Source of the DNA: a virus
Lineage: Duplodnaviria; Caudoviricetes
Virus record (IMG/VR): IMGVR_UViG_3300032323_001407
Coordinates: 1,533 to 65,532 of that record
Direction: 5' to 3' (one strand)
Length of the DNA stretch: 64,000 nucleotides
In this document: in pieces, positions 20,020-26,832 of the stretch
Position numbering within the stretch: the first letter of the stretch is position 1
Layout of the letters: each line of letters begins with the position of its first letter
Made by a program: the position numbers and the translations under genes
The notes under the pieces: model-generated
The model's database searches: none
Seen by the model: the letters and a program-made list of their open reading frames with translations, nothing else
What the model was told of the DNA's origin: nothing

Positions 20020-20333
20020 TCATTACCCTCAATCATTTTTTTTGTTTCCTGCAACAGACGGCTTCTGTTGGCTTTGTCTTCTTTAATCTGCATCATCATG
20101 TCTTCTATTCTTTCAAAGTTGTTATAGAAAAAATTAAGCGGGTGCCTATTCTTTCCAGTCTCAAAATAATAGTACAAAACATCCTTTGCACGATCAAACC
20201 CTATGCTGTCAATCACATCTTGCATAGCCCATTTTTCTTTATATCTATTAATTGTTGGCTTTGAACTGTATAGGCCTTCATATAGATTTGAATATAAAGA
20301 TAGCAGGATATAGGGTTCTTTATTTACTGCCAC
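20016..20333 (-). CDS. Hypothetical protein (possible helicase loader)
   Basis: 105-aa ORF coupled to the helicase; function inferred from position only. Confidence 0.55.
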   Translation of the reverse strand: MAVNKEPYILLSLYSNLYEGLYSSKPTINRYKEKWAMQDVIDSIGFDRAKDVLYYYFETGKNRHPLNFFYNNFERIEDMMMQIKEDKANRSRLLQETKKMIEGNE

Positions 20334-20529
20334 GCAATTCCTCTTCTACTTCTTGAGTCTTTTGAATGAGCTTGTCTTCAACAAACTTGTAAACTCTATC
20401 TGCTGCTGCATCTACTGTTTCGCCGTCTCTAACAAAATCGTCTACGCCGATACCAATTTTAATGCTTTCGAAGTTACCTAAGTTACGTGTAAAAGATAGA
20501 TCAACTCTAACCTGAGTTCCCTTTTCCAT
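20320..20529 (-). CDS. Hypothetical protein
   Basis: 69 aa with a TRNLGNFES motif seen in small phage proteins. Confidence 0.65.
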   Translation of the reverse strand: MEKGTQVRVDLSFTRNLGNFESIKIGIGVDDFVRDGETVDAAADRVYKFVEDKLIQKTQEVEEELRGSK

Positions 20530-20651
20530 TAGTGCTCCGCCTTTCTATGTCTGCTTAAAGTGTCGTGGGCAAAAATGCCCCAACGCACTACCAATTCTTT
20601 CTTACATATTTCACATACTACAACTCTTGCTGGGGCTACTCTGCTTTCCAT
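20529..20651 (-). CDS. 40-aa C2H2-like zinc-finger peptide
   Basis: Hand translation MESRVAPARVVVCEICKKELVVRWGIFAHDTLSRHRKAEH. Confidence 0.55.
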   Translation of the reverse strand: MESRVAPARVVVCEICKKELVVRWGIFAHDTLSRHRKAEH

Positions 20652-21118
20652 ACTGGCACAAAGTTCCCTTCTGTTGTCTTAGTATACAATATAGTGTTGT
20701 GTTTGAGAAGAGCCCTCATTTCATTTCTTGAAGGCATGTTATTAGAATACCCTGATTCTAATATAAACTCATGAATGTCCATAATGTCCGATTCACTATA
20801 CATAAATTTATACCATGTGCTATCTGGATTACCTATTGGATATACTTTTTGAGGATATCTTATCTTCCCGTCCAAAATATAATCTTCTATAGTAACCTTA
20901 TGCTTGCCAAGCATTTGAGCTACTTGACTAGTTGAATATGCATTCTCCATAGTTTTTAAAACTTGTGAATAAGAATACATAAGTCTTTTTTTATCTGGAT
21001 AGCACCAAGCAACCATTTGGTCTTTAGATCTTGAATGACTTAATACTTTATGTATCTTGTTATTTAAGAAGAAATACCGAATGCTTTTAGCTGACTGTTT
21101 TCTCTTTTTTCTATCCAT
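20636..21118 (-). CDS. MerR/excisionase-like HTH DNA-binding protein
   Basis: YSTSQVAQMLGKHKVTIEDYILDG. Confidence 0.65.
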   Translation of the reverse strand: MDRKKRKQSAKSIRYFFLNNKIHKVLSHSRSKDQMVAWCYPDKKRLMYSYSQVLKTMENAYSTSQVAQMLGKHKVTIEDYILDGKIRYPQKVYPIGNPDSTWYKFMYSESDIMDIHEFILESGYSNNMPSRNEMRALLKHNTILYTKTTEGNFVPVWKAE

Positions 21119-21252
21119 TTACCTAGTGCACTCGTATCCTTATTAATCATCCATCTTTTACCGCACATCATGCAGAAAAGCTCTACGTGTAGTTTTTGTG
21201 AAAATACTCTATCTACAAAAACTCTCCCCTGACACTTATTGCATTTCATCAT
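21064..21252 (-). CDS. Small zinc-ribbon protein
   Basis: CNKCQG...CMMCG. Confidence 0.65.
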   Translation of the reverse strand: MMKCNKCQGRVFVDRVFSQKLHVELFCMMCGKRWMINKDTSALGKWIEKRENSQLKAFGISS

Positions 21253-22049
21253 AGCGTAAATAGCTTCCCATCAACAACACATGAGTAATCTGGTGCCACA
21301 TGGATCATTTGAATATGTGGGTAGTCATTTACAATATGTGCAATGGCAAAACCCTTTTGCCAATCATGGTGCTGCATATATTTCATTCCATCTGATTTTT
21401 CATCACACATGTGGCCAAGCTCATAACCTCGAAGAGTTTCTCCCTGTCCACCGTTTCTTAATTCATAAGTAACTAGGTGTGATGCTATTCTGTGAGAATG
21501 TCCTCTCATCAAAGATATCTGAAGGTCTTCCATGTCTTTTCTTACTGAACCAGTTGAAGCAATTGAAAGCCCATGGTGAACGTGTATATCTCCGAATCGG
21601 CGCTTTGGAAGTTCATTATAATAAATATACTCATAGCCTAAAGAGTCTAAGCTCCACATTGATTCTGGAGTTACCTCAGAAATATACTCTGGCAATTTAG
21701 CATCTACATAATTAAAGATTCTAATATCATGATTTCCTAATGCTGAAAAAAGCTGAGCATCTGGAAGCATCTCTCTTGTCTTTGCATAAAAGTCTCTTGC
21801 GCCTTTTGCTTCATGCCTCATCATTGGAACAATAAGATCTTTGCTATCATTCTTATGATAGTTTAAAAACTCTGCTGATTTGCCCTCAGTATACTTGCTA
21901 TAGCAAGCCTGATCATCTGTGTCTCCAAGGTAGTCAACGACATCTGGTTTAAACCACTTCATGACTTTAAACCAAAGCGCAATCATCTTATCATCTTGAT
22001 ACGGAAATTGTTGATCGGATGATATCATCCACTTTAAATCGTTGCTCAT
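21249..22049 (-). CDS. Calcineurin-like metallophosphoesterase
   Basis: SDQQ, GDTDD, GNHD, HHG and GHSH motifs. Confidence 0.85.
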   Translation of the reverse strand: MSNDLKWMISSDQQFPYQDDKMIALWFKVMKWFKPDVVDYLGDTDDQACYSKYTEGKSAEFLNYHKNDSKDLIVPMMRHEAKGARDFYAKTREMLPDAQLFSALGNHDIRIFNYVDAKLPEYISEVTPESMWSLDSLGYEYIYYNELPKRRFGDIHVHHGLSIASTGSVRKDMEDLQISLMRGHSHRIASHLVTYELRNGGQGETLRGYELGHMCDEKSDGMKYMQHHDWQKGFAIAHIVNDYPHIQMIHVAPDYSCVVDGKLFTL

Positions 22050-22070
22050 TAAAACCCTTAATATATATAA

Positions 22071-22090
22071 AAGCCACGATATCGTGGCTT
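22071..22090. promoter_or_regulatory. Perfect 20-bp palindrome (operator or hairpin)
   Basis: AAGCCACGATATCGTGGCTT is its own reverse complement. Confidence 0.6.
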
Positions 22091-22102
22091 AACGTTATAG
22101 CA

Positions 22103-22130
22103 ATTGTAACATATTAAATCAATGTGTCAA
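22103..22130 (-). promoter_or_regulatory. Promoter at the head of the replication module
   Basis: TTGACA-16 nt-TACAAT with a TGn extended -10. Confidence 0.65.
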
Positions 22131-22138
22131 TAGATACT

Positions 22139-22564
22139 TTAAGGGTTACTTATAATCTTTTTACCTGCACTCAACCAGTGAAAATTAACTGGTCCAGAGA
22201 TAGTTTTTTCAGCATACACATTAAGCTTAGTTGATCCCGCCCACTGTCCAGAAATAGACCATCGCATGTTATTAGTTTTAGGATCTTGGTTTCTTGGTGT
22301 TGCTACAACATAAGCAATTTCATATCCTGGTCCCCAACCTAAATCAATGTCAATTGAGCTAACCTTTCCACCAGGCAATCCAGTTTCAAATGTGACTACG
22401 CCAGCCTCTAAATGCATTCTAGATGACTGTGTGATACTACCTGCAGTTGTTGTACTAAGCTTATAAGACTCATCAGACTGAAGCTTAATGTTATCTATTT
22501 GAGTTTGAAGATCCTGTAATTTTTTAGGATCTACTGGCTCTCCATCTTGAAATGTTACAGTCAT
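22139..22564 (-). CDS. Hypothetical virion-associated protein
   Basis: FQDGEPVD N-terminus, coiled coil, beta-rich C-terminus ending FHWLSAG. Confidence 0.6.
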   Translation of the reverse strand: MTVTFQDGEPVDPKKLQDLQTQIDNIKLQSDESYKLSTTTAGSITQSSRMHLEAGVVTFETGLPGGKVSSIDIDLGWGPGYEIAYVVATPRNQDPKTNNMRWSISGQWAGSTKLNVYAEKTISGPVNFHWLSAGKKIISNP

Positions 22565-22752
22565 TATTCCCCCGCTATTTTGCTTTCTATATCTTTAGAG
22601 TATTGATCTATTGCTTTTTCTCTTTCATTTTGAGCGTCTGCCATTATTGTTAGATCTGCTCTCAATATTGAAATTTTTAATTCATAATCAGCGACCAACT
22701 CAGCAATCCTTTGCTGCATGGCTGTAATTATTAACTCTTCCTTTGAAGACAT
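22564..22752 (-). CDS. Small coiled-coil protein
   Basis: 62 aa with a heptad pattern. Confidence 0.6.
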   Translation of the reverse strand: MSSKEELIITAMQQRIAELVADYELKISILRADLTIMADAQNEREKAIDQYSKDIESKIAGE

Positions 22753-22763
22753 TTTTGCCTAAC

Positions 22764-22988
22764 TTATTCTGATAAAGTAGATATCTCTTCAACAAGAGCT
22801 TCTATTTTTTTGTTTACTGCAGCAATTTGAGCATTAACAGATGCGACAGCATCTGCAGATGGCACATCTGCTGCTTCCTCTTCCATCAAGTTTACTTGTA
22901 GGTTATACTTTGAGTAAGCAAGGGTTCTTAGGTGAGACTCAATGATTGAGCTTTTTTCTTCGTTTGATAGTGTGTATTCTGACATCAT
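22764..22988 (-). CDS. Small coiled-coil protein
   Basis: GGAGG RBS and an upstream TGGTATAAT -10. Confidence 0.65.
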   Translation of the reverse strand: MMSEYTLSNEEKSSIIESHLRTLAYSKYNLQVNLMEEEAADVPSADAVASVNAQIAAVNKKIEALVEEISTLSE

Positions 22989-23011
22989 TACCTCCTATTT
23001 ATATTATACCA

Positions 23012-23248
23012 TTACCATTTGCCGATAGGGCAGGTGGCACCTTGAAGCTTTGTTTTTGCTGGCATAAAACAGCCACATTCCTGACATGTCTTTACACCAT
23101 TATTAAATTTTGGGCACACCTGACATAATAAATATCTTTTGGAAGACTCTTCTTCAGATGCATATTCTGTGTTAGGATTTAAAAAATCCCATGGCTTTAC
23201 ATCATTTGAAGATATAAGCTTTTTTGCTTGTTCCCACTTACTTGTCAT
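23012..23248 (-). CDS. Cys-rich small protein (DUF6171-like)
   Basis: CQVCP...CQECGCFMPAK...CPIGKW. Confidence 0.65.
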   Translation of the reverse strand: MTSKWEQAKKLISSNDVKPWDFLNPNTEYASEEESSKRYLLCQVCPKFNNGVKTCQECGCFMPAKTKLQGATCPIGKW

Positions 23249-23474
23249 TGATTCCCCTAAATTCAAATCCATATCCATTCCAATAATAATCTGCACCTGC
23301 TTTAGGCAAATCTGGAATATCTATTTGTACTTCAGATAAATCAATTAAAGTCGGACTGCTTGAAAGACCAGCCCTAAGCAGGTCAGTTCCTGGACCATCG
23401 ATATTAAACCACCCAGCATATTCCCCATCTACTAAAACAACATAAGTGCTTCCGCCCATGCTTGATTTATTCAT
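23238..23474 (-). CDS. Hypothetical protein (possible tail-fibre assembly type)
   Basis: 78 aa, VVLVDGE...YWNGYGF; AAAGG RBS. Confidence 0.55.
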   Translation of the reverse strand: MNKSSMGGSTYVVLVDGEYAGWFNIDGPGTDLLRAGLSSSPTLIDLSEVQIDIPDLPKAGADYYWNGYGFEFRGINDK

Positions 23475-23496
23475 GTTAGACCTTTCTACTTGTTAT

Positions 23497-23524
23497 ATTC
23501 TATCATTTTATATCAGATTGTCAA
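23497..23524 (-). promoter_or_regulatory. Promoter downstream of the FFPP gene
   Basis: TTGACA-16 nt-TAGAAT with a TGn extension. Confidence 0.55.
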
Positions 23525-23538
23525 CACTTAATATTTTA

Positions 23539-26500
23539 TTAACGCTCATCACCCTGGAATGATGGGAAGAATGGTCCATCAAAGAACGGTGGGAAGAATG
23601 GTGGGAAGAACGGTGGGAAGAACGGTGGGAAGAACGGGTTAGCAGGGAAGCTAGGGCCACCCTTGAATGATGGGAAGAACGGTGGGAAGAATGGGAAGAA
23701 CGGTGGGAAGAATGGGAAGAACGGTGGGAAGAATGGGAAGAACGGTGGGAAGAACGGTGGGAAGAACGGTGGGAAGAACGGTGGGAAGAACGGTGGGAAG
23801 AACGGTGGGAAGAACGGTGTTGTAGAGCATGGAATATATTCAGCTTCAAAACCACTTACTTCACGAGATGAAAGAACATCACAGCTTGAGTTTATGCAAG
23901 TTTCTATTGCAGTCCAAGTTCTAGTCCTTCCACGTTCACCTTGCACACAACTACCGTAAGCACTCCAGGCAGAATATGAACGTGCTCCAGTTGTACATCC
24001 TGCCGTACAGCATGAAGTATATTCAAAATCTGTACCGTTAACTTCTGTTGTGCTAGTGCCACAGCTAGAATTTATATTAGTTTGAATTGCTGTCCAAGAT
24101 CGTGATCTGGCACGTTCTCCTTGCACACAAGATCCGTAAGCAGACCATGGACCATAAGTTTTCTCACCAGTTGTGCTACTTGGTACACAACATGAAGTAA
24201 ATTCAAAATCAGTTCCAGAAATTGTAGTGGTTTCTGTTGTACAGCTTGTAGTAAAGCATGTTTGTTCTGCTGTCCAGGATCGTGATCTGGCACGTTCTCC
24301 TTGAATACAGTTACCATATGCAGACCATGCTCCGTAAGTCCTTGCTCCAGTTGTACAAGACTGGACGCAACATGAAGTATACTCATATTCAATGCTATTT
24401 ACTTCATTCTGTGAAACTATACCACAGCTTGAATTAATGCATGTATTTATTGCTGTCCAAGATCTTTGCCTTCTTCTTTCTCCTTGCACACAAGATCCGT
24501 AAGCAGACCATGGACCATAAGTTTTAGTTCCAAGTGTACACCCAGCAGTACAGCAAGGAGCGTATTCAAAATCTCTACCGTTAACTTCGTTTGAAGTTGT
24601 TGTACAGTTAATTGTGTTGTTTGTCTGTATTGCTGTCCATGAACGTGATCTAGCACGTTCTCCCTGTATACAGTCGCCATATGCTGTCCACTCTCCATAA
24701 GTTTTAGGTCCAGTAGAACTGCTTGCAACACAACAATCTTTATACTCAAAATCAAGTCCACTTTCTTGCGTTGTAGTTGTAGTACAGTCTCTAGTGAAAT
24801 TAGTTCTTGTTGCTGTCCACGGCACAGATCTTGCAATTCTTCCATCTTGAATATTACATGTTCCCCAAGCATTTGGTGTCCCATAAGTTTTTGCTCCAAG
24901 GGTAGATGTTGGTACACAGCAATCAATCTGTTCTATATCTACACCAGAAAGCTCTACATTTGTAATAACACAATTTTGAGCAGTTGTTTTTTGAATCTGG
25001 GTCCATGTCCTTGTTCTTGTTCTTTGTGGATCCTGTGGAGCTACTGTGCAAAGTCCTGTGACCCATTCACCGTAGACTTTTGGCTCAAGAACAACTGAAG
25101 GGCAGCACAGGTTATCTGTTTGAGAGCATATTACTGCATAGTATAATCCATTTATAGTTTTATCAGATATCTCGGTTGATTTTGAGCAGAGTCCACCAGT
25201 TACCAAAGTTAAGCAATACCAAGTACCTCCGATAACAATACATCTAGCAGCAGACTCTTTTGACTCATAGGAAACTGAAGTTAAGTTTACATTATCAATT
25301 TTAGATGTTATTGCTGTTAGACATGAATTGGCTCCCGATGTAACATTGCTTACAGATATAACTTCGGAGGACCTTGTTGCACTTCCACTTGTTGCAGAAA
25401 CTGTTATATCAAATGAACTGATGGTGCTCCAATTTGTTATGTCAACCTTATACCCTGTTGATGTTATGTCGTAAGGCATTCCTAATTCTGCTGCAATTCC
25501 AGACGACAATGTTCTAAAGCTTTTAGAAACCTCGTCGCTTTTGTACTTGTCTCCTTCTCCAGCAAGTGCCGTTACCAAAACGGTATACAGTCTGTTTTCC
25601 GTTAATCCAAAAGGGCTGGCAGAAGTATTTGTTGTTGAGGTTAATGGATAGCCAGGCAAAGAGTTACCTGTGATAGAATCAATTAGATTAACTTTATATC
25701 TTTCTGCATCTGGAGAATACCAGGATATATCTACAGAGCTTTTTGTCCTATTTGATATATCTATTGTTGGATTTTCTACTTCTCTTGGGGGCACAAATAC
25801 ATAGGATGCAATCTGTATAGTTTCATTTGGATCTGATAGATGTCCATCTAAAGACAACCCGCTATTATAATAATAATCATTTGCAACTGAATAAACGTTT
25901 ATAATATAGTCTTCACCAGAATCTATCATGGCTTGAGTATAAGTTATAGTTCCTGAATATTGATGATTTGGCAAAACATCTTCGCTTTGCAGTGTGCCTA
26001 TTCTTGTTCCGTAAAAATCGGTTAATTCAATTATTTGCTTTCCAATAAACTCATCTGTTCGAGATGATGGAAAGTATTGTCCATTTGGATAAGATGCTGC
26101 AGATGAAGTTAGGTACTGCCATTTAAAACCAAATATTTTAAATTCAGGCATGCTCAATGTTTCATCTTCAACAATTTGATCACCTGTGCTGTATGTAGTA
26201 AATCCAAATGTTAGTCTTGGGAATATTCCTGTTGCACTTGGATACCATGTTGTTGCTTCTAGGTAATCTGATTCTGAAGGATCTTTATCTTCTGCCGCCT
26301 GGATTTTTGCCCTAAATCCATTTTTATTTTTTATATCTTCTAATGTTATAGTTGGGCGATTTGATGCTGATGTCGGAACCTGATCTAAATAATCAGAATC
26401 CCGATATTGAGAATATTCAAGTTCTTGGCTAACTAAATCTATTGCAGATCCCCAACTAGACATAGCTGCTTTTTGAATTTTTATTAAAAATGATTTAGGA

Positions 26501-26820
26501 TTTTCATACCACTTACCTCTAACAACATACATTTTGTCTTGCTGTGTACATGAGTATTCAGAAGTTTGAGAATTTGGTGATATAAAAACAAGTGCGACAT
26601 CTGATTTTGGATAGGGGAAAACTGCTCCAAATATTCTTCTCCATATTCCAGAACCTTCATATCGCCATATTGTTCTAAGCTTTACCCACCCATTTACTGC
26701 TGCAGAAACTTCTCCACCTGAATCATTGATTCTTCTCCAGATGTTTTTTATTTTTACCCAGCCATTTGTTGCTGCAGAGACTTCGCCTCCTGAGTCATTT
26801 ATTCTTCTCCATATGGTCAT
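23539..26820 (-). CDS. Tail-fibre-like protein: Trp-rich N-terminal repeat, FN3 domain, seven Cys-rich TSP1-like repeats, C-terminal FFPP repeats
   Basis: Last large gene of the tail module; FN3-like SVDISW...GLTENRLYTVLVTA; repeats visible in both protein and DNA. Confidence 0.75.
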   Translation of the reverse strand: MTIWRRINDSGGEVSAATNGWVKIKNIWRRINDSGGEVSAAVNGWVKLRTIWRYEGSGIWRRIFGAVFPYPKSDVALVFISPNSQTSEYSCTQQDKMYVVRGKWYENPKSFLIKIQKAAMSSWGSAIDLVSQELEYSQYRDSDYLDQVPTSASNRPTITLEDIKNKNGFRAKIQAAEDKDPSESDYLEATTWYPSATGIFPRLTFGFTTYSTGDQIVEDETLSMPEFKIFGFKWQYLTSSAASYPNGQYFPSSRTDEFIGKQIIELTDFYGTRIGTLQSEDVLPNHQYSGTITYTQAMIDSGEDYIINVYSVANDYYYNSGLSLDGHLSDPNETIQIASYVFVPPREVENPTIDISNRTKSSVDISWYSPDAERYKVNLIDSITGNSLPGYPLTSTTNTSASPFGLTENRLYTVLVTALAGEGDKYKSDEVSKSFRTLSSGIAAELGMPYDITSTGYKVDITNWSTISSFDITVSATSGSATRSSEVISVSNVTSGANSCLTAITSKIDNVNLTSVSYESKESAARCIVIGGTWYCLTLVTGGLCSKSTEISDKTINGLYYAVICSQTDNLCCPSVVLEPKVYGEWVTGLCTVAPQDPQRTRTRTWTQIQKTTAQNCVITNVELSGVDIEQIDCCVPTSTLGAKTYGTPNAWGTCNIQDGRIARSVPWTATRTNFTRDCTTTTTQESGLDFEYKDCCVASSSTGPKTYGEWTAYGDCIQGERARSRSWTAIQTNNTINCTTTSNEVNGRDFEYAPCCTAGCTLGTKTYGPWSAYGSCVQGERRRQRSWTAINTCINSSCGIVSQNEVNSIEYEYTSCCVQSCTTGARTYGAWSAYGNCIQGERARSRSWTAEQTCFTTSCTTETTTISGTDFEFTSCCVPSSTTGEKTYGPWSAYGSCVQGERARSRSWTAIQTNINSSCGTSTTEVNGTDFEYTSCCTAGCTTGARSYSAWSAYGSCVQGERGRTRTWTAIETCINSSCDVLSSREVSGFEAEYIPCSTTPFFPPFFPPFFPPFFPPFFPPFFPPFFPFFPPFFPFFPPFFPFFPPFFPSFKGGPSFPANPFFPPFFPPFFPPFFPPFFDGPFFPSFQGDER
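23560..23820 (-). repeat. 12-bp/9-bp tandem repeat encoding (FFPP)n
   Basis: Plus-strand units GGGAAGAACGGT and GGGAAGAAT. Confidence 0.95.
23825..25105 (-). repeat. Seven ~180-bp repeats encoding ~60-aa Cys/Trp units
   Basis: Consensus CC...TYGxWSAYGSCVQGERxRxRSWTA...C...E(Y/F). Confidence 0.9.
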
Positions 26821-26832
26821 TAAATTACACCA

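Noticed and set aside
23539-23820. FFPP tract as precursor of antamanide/cyclolinopeptide-like cyclic peptides
   Set aside because: The PPFF resemblance is real, but no prolyl oligopeptidase, cyclase or leader/recognition sequence is visible; kept only as a remote possibility.
23508-23959. ORFs encoding (SSHR)n on the minus strand and (GKNG)n on the plus strand
   Set aside because: Shadow frames of the stop-free 12-bp repeat; only the FFPP frame is continuous with the 1093-aa gene and is reused at 63800-64000.
24085-24700. Possible diversity-generating retroelement TR/VR pair
   Set aside because: Differences between repeat copies are not confined to adenines, all copies lie inside one ORF, and no reverse transcriptase is present in the window.
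23560-25105. Possible CRISPR array linked to the Cas4-like gene
   Set aside because: The repeats are contiguous or coding with no unique spacers, and stand-alone Cas4-like nucleases are common in phage replication modules.
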